A stretch of DNA of 64,000 nt from Tubiluchus corallicola. Its lineage: Eukaryota; Animalia; Priapulida. The notes below the pieces were generated by a model that saw only the letters and a list, made by a program, of their open reading frames with translations, was not told the origin of the DNA and ran no database searches. The stretch spans positions 18,881 through 82,880 of the forward strand of contig JAQGDQ010000691.1 in NCBI GenBank assembly GCA_030141605.1, read 5' to 3'. A program made the position numbers and the translations under genes. This document shows, piece after piece, positions 27,155 to 42,223 of this stretch (its first letter is position 1; each line of letters starts with the position of its first letter).

Positions 27155-27159
27155 GTTAG
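27114..27159 (+). pseudogene. TMEM50: TMEM50 terminal exon, mirrored copy
   Basis: Reverse complement of 17960..18005. Confidence 0.75.
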
Positions 27160-30100
27160 CAAACAGTTTAACTGTCCATCGTGATTTTTACTGTAAAATA
27201 CACATAACTGCCATACAAAAAGTTTTTTAGTGATTTATGTTTGATAGCAAATTTAAATGTTGTGAAGCTGCTTACAAGAAGTTAGATGTTTCCGCTGCTC
27301 TGTTACATCTGACAAATTCTTCAATTTTTATTAAAATTCTCATTTGTAGTAGTATATTTTTGATTTCTTTACCTACCTTAGGACTCCATGGTCCGTAGAA
27401 TTCTGCCTAATTTTGTATCAATTTTTTGCTTGACACTTACTTCAGAGTTTGTTGAAAATGTAGTGAATTAGACGAAGTACTTCTTTTTTCATTATATTAG
27501 TAAAGTCATTCATTTTCGTAAGCATAAATGAAGTTGTTGCCAGGCTTGACTTCTGATTTCGAGAAACCTGTTGACAAAATATACTTACAAGAGAAGTAGG
27601 GCTTTCAAAGCTCTCATCGCCCATCATAATCTTCTTTTTCCCAGCTTTTCCCTATGCGGGGTCGCCGTTGTGAATAAGTCTTCTCCATGCATTCCTGTTG
27701 TTCACCATCTCTTCATTTATGTTCTTCTCTCTAAGGTCTCCATTAATACATTCAATCCATCTCCGCTTGGGTCGTCCTCTTCTTCTATTTCCCAGCACTT
27801 CCATTTCCATGACCTCCCTTCCCACGTGATCTTCACCGACTTCACCCTCACCACGTGATCTTCTTTTCAGGTGCCCATACCATCGCAATCTTGCCTCTTG
27901 TATCTTTTTCGAGGCTTCCACTACTTTCACTGTTCCTCTAATATTACTATTCCTGATTTTATCCCTTCTTGTTACTCCCACCATCCATCTCAACATCCTC
28001 ATCTCCGCCATCGCCCGTCGTAATAATACGATGTTTTTCCCTCATTATGCATAGATCTGGTTCAAGTATGCAGAATACGAATTTGATTTTGGTGTGAAAT
28101 TGGGCAGAGTTTCTTGAGATATTTAAATTTATGCTGTGAGTTAAAAGAATTTTGGTAACACGTTTTCCATCAACTTTGCAGCTTTAGCTTCATGTCACAG
28201 ATGTAGGCGGATTCATGATGTCGTTTTGTAGGCGGCTTCACAGTAAAATTAAAATAGTCAGCAAGTGTGGGGGGGGGGGTTAAATGTGCATCAGACTGAC
28301 TCTCTGATTTTGAAAGGCATGTTTATTGTATTTGTAAATATTATGATGATAACATTAGATTTAATTCTTTATTTATCTTTAGTTTGCACCTTTGTCAATC
28401 TTCACCCCGCATGATTTTCATTAATAATAGACATGCAAGTGACCTCAGCTGTAATGGCTCCAAGTGACCCCAGCTATGACCCTAGGTGCAAGTGGCCTCG
28501 GCTGTCATGGCTCCACATGACCCCAGCTATGACCCTAGGTGATCTGCCTCACTGTTGAAGCCTTAAGCATGTGTAATATAAACAATGATATTTATTACTA
28601 GTATAATATTGAAATTGATACATCTATTCTTAGCAAAGGTATAACAGGGAATAAGACAAAAGTTAAGAAAGTTCTTTTCTCAGATTCTGTACATCAGCAA
28701 TGGATGCCACATAATCAAAACTTCACGTTATTAAAATGGTAATCATTATAATCAGTTGCGATTTTCACTGTCAAATCAAAACATGGACATGTTTCTTCTT
28801 CTTCATGTTCTATTTTATTTCCCTTTTATGCTTTTGCTAAGGAATTTTTTATATTTTTAGTGTAAGTTGCCTTATTGTAAAAGTTCCGCTGTCACTCGAT
28901 CTAAACGGACTGCGTTTTTTTGTATTTAAATATTAGTTGGAACTCATTGAGATGAATTGGACAGACAATTGATCCACTGATATTTTTAGGTCGCTCTTTG
29001 CCCCCTTTCGATATATCTTGTTCTGTTTGTGATGCTTCAAAAGTCTCTCTGTTGTAGATTTTCAATCAGTCACCTATCCATGCACTTTCCAAGCCACGTA
29101 TTGCTTTTTTCTCATTTTAAGGCCATAGGGAATCACAGGTTTCAACGAATTCCACTTGTTTCATATACTTAAATACACTAAGTAACCAGTGTAACTGTTA
29201 AATCTAACCATATTTGTTAAATAATTTTTATACATGGCCACAGGTGTAAAGCAGTTTGTGCAACACATTGATAATCCAAATAACCAGGCTTTGTACTTGT
29301 TTCATAAATGCAGTATAAATACTTTTGCTGTATTGATCTCTTGTCGTTAATTGTGAGTCGATTCTAGCAATAACCTCATCCTCCACGAGGAGATCACCTC
29401 CATGAAAAATGTCCGTCTTTTTTGAAATCTGCTGCTTTTTTATATTGTAATAACTACTGTATTTATTGTCAAATGATTGTACAGTCCATTAATTTATGTT
29501 TTCAATCACCCTATAGAGATTAATGTTAAGTGTACATTGTTACCTGTGCAGTGTAATAAATTATATGTACTTAAATATAAAAATTGTTCCTTGTTTTTGT
29601 ACGAACAATTTCTTTCTTAGTCTTTGCTCTTTAGCAGTCACAAAAAATGCTGGTGGCACTTTAGCCCATTCTCGTTGCGTGGGCTAAAGTTTACATTTCC
29701 CACATGCAAGAAATTAGTGTTACCTGCAGTGTTGTTTTTGTACGAACAATTCTTTCTTAGTGTTTGCTCTTTAGCAGTCACAAAAAATTCTGGTGGCACT
29801 TTAGCCCATTCTCGTTACGTGGGCTAAAGTTTACACTTCCCACATGCAAGAAATTAGTTTGTGATATTAAGGTTAGTTTGTGATATTAAGGTTAGGGTAT
29901 TTAAATTGTGTTCGAATTGCTATTGTTACATGCTCAATTTTGTCTGCATCAATGCGCTCATAACTCATAATTTATGTACAGTCGACCCTCGTTAAACCGG
30001 ACTCCGTTAGCCCGGATATCGGTAAAGGAAACTGACCGATTTCCGACCGAGCAGGCGCGCTAAATACAACACGGCCTACCAACTCACCACGAGCCATTGA

Positions 30101-33100
30101 CGGGCCGAAGTTATTTTTTATTTAAACTGTACATTAATTTCTTTATCCTCACAGGTTAACTATTTTAAAGTAATATATATAGCGCAGTATAGTATATAGT
30201 GCACAGTATATAGGCCTTATTAAGGTGATTATTCCTGTATAATATAGACCATATATAGGCATATCGGACAATCGGCTAAACCGGTCCCCCCCACCCTAAT
30301 TAGTCCGGTTTAATGAGGGTTGACTGTATTTACGTCTATTTTACCAGAAACAGAGTAAAATCATTCACATGCACGCACAATATTAACGTGAATTCTTCAT
30401 AAACAGAACAAGTTTAAATGCAATAAATAATTTTATTGCAAATAATAACAACCAACCTACATAAAACGGGTTGTCAACTACTCCGGACTTCTGACGCACT
30501 GCATAATTTGTGAAAGTACTAAAATTCTTACGATTAAGTTACTCATAGTAACTGTATAATTAGCAATTCTATAGGTTTTACACGTCAAATGTAGACACAG
30601 GAAAGTTCAAATGTGACTTAGGTAAGTCAAATGTAGACATAAGAATTTCGAATGCGTTTTGGTAACTCAATGTGACATAGGTAAGCCAAATGTAGACATA
30701 GGACATTTGACTTGACATGTGTCTACATTTGACTTACCAAAATCGCTAAAGATTTCTTGAAAACCATTGTTAACACATTTGAACTACCTAAGTCCACATT
30801 TGAGTTACCAAGACACATTTGAATCACCTAAATCTACATTTGACTTAACGTAGGTCTACATTTGACGTGTAAAACCTATACACGCGCTTTTATACTGAAA
30901 GTATAATAAGACCACTGTACGTACTCATAACACGCAACTAAAATCGATATATGCTTACAATATGCTCGCTGTCTATAGACACCAGTGTACGAACTAAAAA
31001 CAGAAATACTGTAATATGTTATGTTATGTATCTTCAGTATGTTAAGACTACTTCAGTGTTCGACTATTAGTGACGATTATTCGACAGATAAGCAACACCT
31101 ACTTGAGCATTGACAACCTTGTTATAAATATAGTCACATTACACAATAACAATAATTATAACAATGCCTCGAATATAACTCATTTCGAAGAACATCATTT
31201 GAGCAGTTCGCTACAGTGGCACACCTAGCGGAGTTTGCACTGGAAGGCTAGCAATGTCGCAATACCGGTCATTGGTCATCATTGTGGTCATTTCAGTTCT
31301 TAATGTTGATGATTTTCAGATGACAAAACCACTTAAAACAGTTACACAGAACAGCAGAGATCACACCAGCACATCTTGGCTTTGTCATCTAGCAAGTTTA
31401 ACACAAGTAAACAAGCCAGTTTGCACAAGAATGATATTAACTTGCTACACGGATTAGAATAGTCTTGCAGGGTTTTAAACAAAAATTCAAATTTTGAGCC
31501 TTGCAAAGTCTGAACTCTAGCTATGCCACTGATGGTTGAGTAACTTACATCAAAACTTGATGTGATTAAATACAAAACGCTTGTGATTAAAATAAAACAA
31601 TCAGCACTTCAGTATGATCATTCACTCTGTCCATTTTGCAGATCTACATGACACTATTACTAATGTTCAAGACAGAAACTTGACTGAATTTCTACCCTAC
31701 TGACTGCGTCCCTAGAAGACGGAGAATGAATGTTTACAAACACTTTGCTTTGTCTTCCATCTTTTCTCCAGGAAATGGTACGACATTCTGGTATCAATTG
31801 TTGCCGGCATTTGCCAAAAATAAAGCAAAGAGAAATAAAGGGCAGCGTGTCTGACTTGCAAAGATGCATATCTGAATGCTCGCTTGTGAAATCGGAACAT
31901 AATTTTTAAAGAGCGATGCAAATCTGATGCAGTTTTAAGAATATCAGTGTTAATAACAAACGTACTGCTACAATTGTACCGTTCCATATAATCTAAATGC
32001 AGACGTATAAGTTTTACACGTCAAATGTAGACACAGGAATTTTGAACGTGTTTTGGTATCTCAAATGTGACTTAGGAAGGTCAAATGTAGACATAGGACA
32101 TTTGACTTGACATGTGTCTACATTTGACTTACCAAAAATGCTGAAGATTTGTTGAAAACCATTGTTAACACATTTGAACTACCTAAGTCCACATTTGAGC
32201 TACCAAGACACATTTGAACTACCTAAGTCTACATTTGAGCTACCAAGACACACTTGAATTACCTAAATCTACATTTAACTTGAGGTAGGTCTACATTTGA
32301 CGTGTAAAACCTATATTACAGGTTTTCATGGGAACCCTGCCATCCATTTACTAGACAGGCCTGGTATTGCTAAAACTTCACCGCCAAACAAACACCATGA
32401 CCACTCAGCTATTTTTACTCACTTGTAATCTATGACCTACAATTTTTCCAAGTGACATTACACCAAGTTTATACAGACTAACAAAGTGGAAAATTAATTA
32501 AATTATATAAAATCCCCAGTCAGTAGCTTTTCTACTTTAACTCACAAATTTTAAAGGTTTGTCTATTAACAATCCTTACAATATAAATGGTAAAACACAC
32601 GTGACTTTCGAATCTACTATTTCAAACATAATTGTAAAACGACTAAGTGACTAAAGTTGTAAAATAACTAAGAGACTAAAGGACTAACAACCTTGCAAAA
32701 AAAAACAATATCAACAACACCGGTTTTGGTTGCGACTAAAGTGACATGTAAGCGATAAGACTGGGTAAAAAAAATCAATATTAAAATTTGTTTCAGTTTA
32801 ACTGCCAAATAAAGAGTTTGTGGCTTAAATGCCATTTTTCCAAATACCCATCTGCCAATGAATACACGATTTTGGGTAAAATGACGACGACAAAATTTTG
32901 TCTGCCGACCACAAGGGGTGAGCATTCTCTTACCAGAAAGCGAATTCGAATCAAACCGAATTTGTGACTTTCCAATTCGAGTCGAACCGAACTTCAGTGT
33001 TTTGAATTCGAACTGAATTCGAATTGAGATTGAAAGATTTTCGAATCACCAGTAAAAATTAGTCTTATAAAAATCATGCATGTCACTAGATTTTGTTCTG

Positions 33101-35110
33101 CAATAAAACGACTAGTAATTTGTTTAAAATTGCGTGCAGAAATCACAGCTAAATTATGCTAATTGCATGATGTTTCAATCGTTTTAGTGATAAAGAACAT
33201 GTGTGATTGAAGTGCTGAATTACTCGAATTTATAGTTTTGGATTTGAATCGAGTTCGAACTAAAAAAAACTCGTTCGAATCGAATTCGAGCGTTCGATGC
33301 TCACCCCTACCGACCACTAATGGTAAAGAAAGTTGCTTACAATCACACGCGGCTACAAGTGAACAAATTCATATCATTGGTTAACTTATGAATAACTACA
33401 ATAAATGCTTCAGTCAATATACACAGAGATCATCTCTTTGTATGACTAGTTAAGCCTGCAGTTTAAAACGGTTAAAATAATTTAAGTACGAAGGTCACCG
33501 CACAATGACACAAAAATTGTATGTGCAAAATCAGTTTTGCTACTTTCATCCACGGGGACGATTGTTGTCATCATGTATCTATTATACAGACATTAGGGTA
33601 GGCAGAATTCTAAAATAAAGAAATCAGCCTTCAAGACAGGTAAACACAGGTGTTAATCCAGCAAGAAACTAGACACTGCTACACCAGTGGCTTGTCAGCA
33701 CCTCTTCCAATCAGCTACAGGGCTCTAGAGCTACAGGGCTCTATGAGCTTACAGGCTCTATGAGCTTACAGGGCTCTATGAGCTTACAGGGCGGCTCTAT
33801 GAGCTTACAGGGCTCTATGAGCTTACAGGGCTCTATGAGCTTACAGGGCTCTATGAGCTACAGGGCTCTATGAGCTTACAGGGCCTATGAGCTTACAGGG
33901 CTCTATGAGCTTATAGGGCTCTATGAGCTACCTACAGGGCTCTATGAGCTTACAGGGCTCTATGAGCTTACAGGGCTCTATGAGCTTACAGGGCTCTATG
34001 AGCTTACAGGGCTCTATGAGCTTACAGGGCTCTATGAGCTTACAGGGCTCTATGAGCTTACAGGGCTCTATGAGCCTACAGGGCTCTATGAGCTACAGGG
34101 CTCTATGAGCTTACAGGGCTCTATGAGCTTCGATATTTGACAAGAGTGGACATCTTTGGCAAGCAGCAATCGTGTCCACCTTTGAATGTCACCAAAAATT
34201 TTACGACTCGAGAATCTGTTTTAGACTGCAGGGTAATGGACTAACAAAGATGAGATTCAACATGGAGCTTCAAATTAAAATATTTCAAATTGAACGCATA
34301 GTTAGACTAATATTACATATAGAGAATGTTGAAAAAAACAATAAATTATTACAGACTGAATAAAAAATAAATGAAGTGTGAATAGAAACACCACGAACAC
34401 ACGAACACACATTGAAAGAACCAGAGATTCAAGATAGAGATTCAAAGCTGCGGATGAGATTTCTCTAAACTTTAGCTTAGTATACAAATGAAGGCGGATC
34501 CTTATCTGAAAAGAGAAATAAAAACTGAAAATGAAAAAACAACAAATTTAATACAAAAGCAAAATGTAAAATTTTCTGCAACAAATTCAGCCGAATCAAA
34601 TTCTTAATTTTTACTTGAATCTAAATCTACTAACTTTGTGATTTGTAAAAATTAAAATGCTTTCAAAGACTCACCAGACGGTTTAGTCTAGTGGTAATGC
34701 GTCTGCTTTCCGTCACGTGACGGCAGTGAAGTGGTTAATTATGGGATAGTAAGTTACCAAAAGTTAATCACAGCAAAATAGTAAAACATACAAATAGAAA
34801 GTGTTACTTTGTGCGAAGTACCAGACAGATTTCAAGCACCTGGTTTTATCATTAAATCAGTCATGCCGAGTCGTGAGTATTACAGAGCGCTTGTAGTTGA
34901 CAACTAATTACAGTTAATCCAGTAATTGGTAACTGGGTATTATTAGTGAACAACTGCACAGTTAACAGATCAGTAATAATTACTAAATGGGCATAGAATT
35001 TTCTGACGAGCTTACTCACGGTATTACTCACTGTTTTTGGTCAAATAGCAAATTTCTCCAAACCTGCCAGCTACAAAGCAATTTGGGTCACATTTTGCAA
35101 TAAAGATTTG

Positions 35111-35246
35111 ACCAGACGGTTTAGTCTAGCGGTAATGCGTCTGCTTTCCGTCTGGGAGGTCGTGAGTTCGAACCAGCGGCCGGGTCATACCAAAGACTTT
35201 AAAAATGGTACCTGCTGTTGCCCTGCCTGACGCGTGGTATTTAGGG
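35111..35246 (+). mobile_element. tRNA-derived SINE 5' part, mirrored copy
   Basis: Reverse complement of 9880..10015. Confidence 0.75.
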
Positions 35247-35365
35247 TAAAAGTGGAGTAATAATAGTCGCTGTTATGCAGTTGTAGGTTGTTATTTACAG
35301 TCAGCGATAATAGCTCTTTGAGCTAATGTTAATTGTTGACCCAAAATCCGACTTTAAATAAATAT

Positions 35366-35400
<35 letters not shown>

Positions 35401-38400
35401 ACTTGCTTGCTAATTTTCTAGTGGTCATTTAACAATTTTCTTGTGGTCATTTAACAATTTTCTTGTGGTCATTTAACAATTTTCTTGTGGTCATTTAACA
35501 GTCCTTTTAGATGAACGACAAAAGATACAGAAGGTAAACGAGCATTTCTCCGACACCCGTTTCTGCAGAAAAATAGTTCAAACTTTCTGCACCAGGGTGC
35601 GCAATGCTGTGGAAAACACTAAGGAGCTTCAAATAAATTACTTAACACGCGTAGAAAGCCTGCAAAACAACAAAAAAAGCCTGAAAGCGAGTGAAGCGAG
35701 ACTTTATTGACGGTAGCTTTGCATTAATCTAAAATGAAGACACTTAAGCATTAAGTTTGGTATTGCAGTAACAATAGGAACTAGGATCTATGGTATAAAG
35801 TGTAAACGGAACTTGTAAGAACGTGTTCTATACTTGTAAGAACGTGTTCTATAGAAGTCTTAACCACATAGACTACTTTAATGGGACCTACTTGTAAGAA
35901 CGTGTTCTATAGAAGTCTTAACCACATAGCCTACTTTAATGGGACCTACTTGTAAGAACGTGTTCTATAGAAGTCTTAACCACATAGCCTACTTTAATGG
36001 GACCTACTTGTAAGAACGTGTTCTATAGAAGTCTTAACCACATAGCCTACTTTAATGGGACCTACTTGTAAGAACGTGTTCTATAGAAGTCTTAACCACA
36101 TAGCCTACTTTAATGGGACCTACTTGTAAGAACGTGTTCTATAGAAGTCTTAACCACATAGCCTACTTTAATGGGACCTACTTGTAAGAACGTGTTCTAT
36201 AGAAGTCTTAACCACATAGCCTACTTTAATGGGACCTACTTGTAAGAACGTGTTCTATAGAAGTCTTAACCACATAGCCTACTTTAATGGGACCTACTTG
36301 TAAGAACGTGTTCTATAGAAGTCTTAACCACATAGCCTACTTTAATGGGACCTACTTGTAAGAACGTGTTCTATAAAAGTCTTAACCACATAGCCTACTT
36401 TAATGGGACCTACTTGTAAGAACGTGTTCTATAGAAGTCTTAACCACAGAGCCTATTTCAATGGGACCTACTTGTAAGAACGTGTTTTATAAAAGTCTCA
36501 ACCACATAGCCTACTTTAACGGGACCTATCGTTGTGGAAGTGACAGTGATGGACGATTGTGAAATTTTGTAATTCGATTATAATCTTGTTCTTGGAATTC
36601 AATATAAAAATTTACCCTTTGTGGCAATTTCTTGGCATTTCAGCCAATATTCTCAAACGAGTGCAATGAATCAGCGTATAACTTCACAGCTTTTGTCACC
36701 ATTTGCTGTTCTCATATTCGCAAACTAGTTTTATAGACGCTCACAGTTTTTTCATTAACTACTCTATGACTTGGCATTCTTCTGTCTCGGAAGACAATGG
36801 AATGTGCGCCAAGAGAGTCCGAGGAAGACAATGGAATGTGTGCCAAGAGAGTCCGAGGAAGACAATGGAATGTGTGCCAAGAGAGTCCGAGGAAGACAAT
36901 GGAATGTGCGCGAAGAGAGTCCGAGGAAGACAATGGAATGTGCGTCAAGGGAGTCCGAGGAAGACAATGGAATGTGCGCCAAGGGAGTCCGAGGAAGACA
37001 ATGGAATGTGCGCCAAGAGAGTCCGAGGAAGACAATGGAATGTGCGCCAAGAGAGTCCGAGGAAGACAATGGAATGTGCGCCAAGGGAGTCCGAGGAAGA
37101 CAATGGAATGTGCGCCAAGGGAGTCCGAGGAAGACAATGGAATGTGCGCCAAGGGAGTCCGAGGAAGACAATGGAATGTGCGCCAAGGGAGTCCGAGGAA
37201 GACAATGGAATGTGCGCCAAGGGAGTCCGAGGAAGACAATGGAATGTGCGCCAAGGGAGTCCGAGGAAGACAATGGAATGTGCGCCAAGGGAGTCCGAGG
37301 AAGACAATGGAATGTGCGCCAAGAGAGTCCGAGGAAGACAATGGAATGTGCGCCAAGGGAGTCCGAGGAAGACAATGGAATGTGCGCCAAGAGAGTCCGA
37401 GGAAGACAATGGAATGTGCGCCAAGAGAGTCCGAGGAAGACAATGGAATGTGCGCCAAGAGAGTCCGAGGAAGACAATGGAATGTGCGCCAAGAGAGTCT
37501 GATCCTTGAAAGTCTCCAAGGCGCACGTCTGGGCAAGGTGTATGGAGATCCTGAGTTGCCCAGACAACAGGAACCCCCCCCTTTCCTCCCTGGTGTAGTC
37601 CTAAGGAAAGCGGAGCAATACATTTGGCACCAGGCTGGCTGCAGGAGCTGCCGGGGTCAGCGAGCATGTTGCACTGGTCCACCTTCGGGGCTCCACTCCT
37701 GATTTGTAAGGTTTACACCTCTACACATGGCCGTTGGGTCACTTGACTCTCCTCCGCCTAGTGTCGAGATACAGTGTGGACATCCCGCACTCTATGACTA
37801 CATCACTATAAATGTCATGAGTCAATGAATTTGAAGCCCCCAGTTTGCAACACTGTGGTTTGCAATTGTGGAAGACGAGAAAAATGAAGAAAAATCACAA
37901 AGATTCCATCAATTTATGTTAAAATTCTGCCCTTTGGTCAGCGTGTAACGTGTATTTTGCTCATGATTAATCGAATCACTGTTCAATTACATTGATTACA
38001 TCGATTTATGCGATTTATGGTTGTAATCGTGATTAATTTGATTAATATAGTAATCGCCCATCACATGGGAGTGATGATCTAACTTCCACCATTACAGCTC
38101 GACACGCTGCAGGCAAAAATCTACCATTCAAAAGTCAGCCATACTTAATATGGACTTTAAGACAAGAGCGGAAATCACAGAAGAACTGGTAGAGAGTTCA
38201 GCAATGTTAGTTCAGAGTGTTAATTCTATTTCACACAGAGAGCAAATGCATCAGAAGTTTCATTCCAAAAAACCGTAAGCAACTTCATGCCAGCTTCTTT
38301 TTCTTACAACCTGAGCAAACAAAAACTGCATACATGATCATTCTCTACAACACAAACATTAACGAAAGTTAATTCTTACCATCTAGTGCTGCCATCTACG

Positions 38401-38795
38401 TAACATCGACAGAAACAACAAAGGAATGAAAGTTAACTCTACCATCTAGTGTTGCCATCTACGAAACATCGACAGAAACAACAAAGGAATGAAAGTTAAC
38501 TCTGCCATCTAGTGCTGCCATCTACGAAACATCGACAGAAACAACAAAGGAATGAAAGTTAACTCTACCATCTAGTGCTGCCATCTACGAAACATCGACA
38601 GAAACAACAAAGGAATGAAAGTTAACTCTACCATCTAGTGCTGCCATCTACGAAACATCGACAGAAATAACAAACAAAAAATGATGTTTTAGTAAGATTT
38701 CCACAGCATGCACACTTGCACTGCAAGCAGTTTGAATATCATACTCAGCATTTTCTGCAAAAAGAGGCAAAGAAACGGACGTTACCTTTCTGCTC

Positions 38796-39059
38796 TTATT
38801 TATCACCCTTACAGAAGTACGCGTCCTCCGGCCAATCCCAAGTCTCCGCCTCGTAGTTGTCGTAGCGATACGTGTACATTTCCGATCGGATGAACTCCTC
38901 CTTGTCCGTCGGCTCCGGATAATGTGCGGCGTAACCGTGGCGATAGGCGTGCTCCGCGATGCGAGTGGCAATTTTCACGGAAATGTCGCGGATCTCGGTC
39001 ATTGGAGGGTAGACGCGTCCCTCGGCCAGATGCGAGTCCGTGACAAGTTCAGACAAGCA
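38796..39059 (-). CDS. ME: Malic enzyme terminal coding exon CLSELVTDSHLAEGRVYPP...WDWPEDAYFCKGDK*
   Basis: GR.YPP and YPEP.DKEEFI motifs; ttgcag acceptor; TAA stop. Confidence 0.95.
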   Translation of the reverse strand, partial: CLSELVTDSHLAEGRVYPPMTEIRDISVKIATRIAEHAYRHGYAAHYPEPTDKEEFIRSEMYTYRYDNYEAETWDWPEDAYFCKGDK

Positions 39060-40320
39060 CTGCAAAAATCAACCATGAAGGTTCATCATGTGTCTCGTTT
39101 ACAGATCGTTTTAAACAAGTTTAGTTAACATTGTGTAAAGTTTTAAAAAATAATCAGAGCATTCGTAACACACGTCACTAACTGAGTAAAATTTTAAATT
39201 ACTGTATCTTGTCAATAAGATTAGAAATATCTTTTTTGGTTAGTAAGTGCTGCACCCTGGAGGATGAGTCAGCGACATTTTACCAACTGGTGAAAACATT
39301 TTAAATAATTAATAATTTTCTTTTCTAGTTACATAAATCTTTCCAGCAGGTAAGCAAAATGCTAAATAATACAGATTTGCACGGAAAGTTTTTTGGGACA
39401 TAATTTAACGTTGCCTTTTCTTCCCCTAATTTACGTTTGCGTTTCTGTAGTAACGTCATGTAATGGCGCCGTCGGAACAGTATTGCAGGAGATTTAAAAT
39501 GAAGACAAAAACAAAAACTCCTTTCAATGCGAGTACGATATAATTTTTGAAGCGATTTTTCTGAAACCTACCTTCAGGCACAACACTTCTTGTCGTTTAG
39601 ACATAAGTCATTTATTTCACATGACACATTTACAATAGTTTCATGTACAATATCTAGTGAAAGGGCCTACAATGGATATAATATAAATAAGAAATACTGC
39701 ACAGGAAAAGCCTCAAACACTGTTCACCTATATACGAAGGTAAATGTGTTGCGGGCAATCAAATAGCAGGGATTGTTAGATTGTCCCACACAGTGATAGG
39801 AAAAAAAGTAATGGAGATAATCTGAAAATTTAAAGTGAATCGTGATAAAAAAAATATTAGTGCTTAAAATGGAATGACGTAATGAATGAAGCTCATATAT
39901 GGGATGATATAAAAGATAGAAAGACTATTATTTTTTAATAGTATGTAAAATTAAGATAACTTGATTATGCTAACACCAAGTGTTTTGCAACTACTGTGAG
40001 GATGGATACTGGTAGAAATTTTGATTACTCGCTGATACTTACTTAAAATTTGATTTTTTAGCATTTTTTTTTTAAATTTAGTAATAGACCTGCTATTTTT
40101 TGCAGATTGACAAATCTCATTCCAGACTTTTGGTCCTAGATATACTATAAAATGTTTGGCTATGTTGGTTCTATAGAAAGGCACAGTGTATTGATTGAAT
40201 CTTGTTTTATTTTCTAAATCTTGTTTTAAGCTACTAAATCATAAATTTCATTTTCAAATGACGTACGCAAACACGTTCATACCTGGGCAGCAAACAGGAA
40301 GTAGTACGCAAACACGTTCA

Positions 40321-40494
<174 letters not shown>

Positions 40495-42080
40495 CTAAAA
40501 TGCGAGAAAAGTATTATAACGTTTGCAGAAAATTAAAATTAATGATTTCAAGAACAGTTTAAATATTATCAAATGTCAATATACAATATTTGTGTTTCAA
40601 AAAAAATTATGATGTAGGAAAGAGTTACATTAATCACTAATGATGTCCAGCCACCCAATAATGTCTGCTTGCGTTTCAAGGTGGGCTAATGATGTCCAGC
40701 CACCCAATAATATCTGCTTGCATTTCAAGGTGGGCTAATGATGTCCACCCACGCAATAATGTCTGCTTGCGTTTCAAGGTGGGCTAATGATGTCCACCCA
40801 CCCAATAATGTCTGCTTGCATTTCAAGGTGGGCTAATGATGTCCACCCACCCAATAATATCTGCTTGCATTTCAAGGTGGGCTAATGATGTCCACCCACC
40901 CAATAATGTCTGCTTGCGTTTCAAGGTGGGCTAATGATGTCCACCCACCCAATAATGTCTGCTTGCATTTCAAGGTGGGCTAATGATGTCCACCCACCCA
41001 ATAATGTCTGCTTGCGTTTCAAGGTGGGAGATCTCCCAAATCACCAAGTTCATACAAACTAATAATTATCTACAGAATAACGTACAATGTAATGAGATAA
41101 GTGCTGAGTAGAAAAAACCTTGAGATTAATTTGCTAGTGTCACAAATTAGGACCCGTTGCTGCTCTGCCCTTGTCCCTAATCAAGTTCAAAACAGAGTAT
41201 GGACCGTTTTTAGGCAATTAAATTTCTTTTAACAATTAGAAAAATCATGTGAAACAAAGGGAGATAAACATCTTTTTACTTTTTTCCAGGGATGAGAATG
41301 ACAAATTGTAAAAAACTCTGAAACAGGCGGGGGGGTTTTGGGGCCACCTAGACCCGTAATGGAGTTCAAGGGGAGCCAGCAACAAATTGCAATTTTGTGA
41401 CCATAGAGAGCCTCTAATTGGACTTAAAATATCAATTACCTTGTTTCATGCATAATTTAAAATACCCAACTATCAAGGATACATGATACCTAATTGTCTC
41501 AAAAATGCCTAAGTACTGGCCGCTCCTATGCAAAAGTATATAAAAACTGTCTGCAATTGACTCAAATAACTCTGCACAATTGATTCTATATTTTTATATA
41601 TAGAGATATGCACGTGGTTACACTGATGTACCTGATGTAAACAAAGTAACGGCCTGCCACCTAGCGGTCAGCTTGTGAAATAATGTACTGGGTCCGTAAA
41701 AATTTTCTCAACAAATTTACGCGATTTACAAAAATGGCACTACTGGTCTTCCAAAAACTCGGAATTCCGCGTATCCGTGGAAAATTCTGATCCCTGTTTT
41801 TTACAATCAAAATTCAAATTGTCTATAAGTGTAGCCCCCCCCCTCAAGTGTGATCAACGGATTCTGGAATAATCCGATAAATTTACCCAAGACGCTTTAC
41901 ATTTTCAAAATGATAAATTTGTTTTTTCTGTTTCAACTCAGTTATCTTTCCATCACCGTACATAAAAATAATTATTATATTAATTATTATTAATTATTAT
42001 TAATTAATTATATAATTATTATTATTTCCATCAATAAGCTCAAACATCAACACAAATAACTGCAGTTTTATTTCACTCAC

Positions 42081-42223
42081 ATCAGTAGCTTTATATGCGT
42101 CTTCCGCTGTACATTCGGCCATGCTGGTCGGATTACTCAGCGCAAAGATGACCGGTCGCTCGTGAAACTTGCCCATGTCCGTGAGAATCTCTTCCGTAAA
42201 TGAACCGGGGACGGCGGCAGCAC
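42081..42223 (-). CDS. ME: Malic enzyme exon [48 protein letters not shown]
   Basis: [14 protein letters not shown] motif; cag/gtgagt boundaries, 143 nt. Confidence 0.96.
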
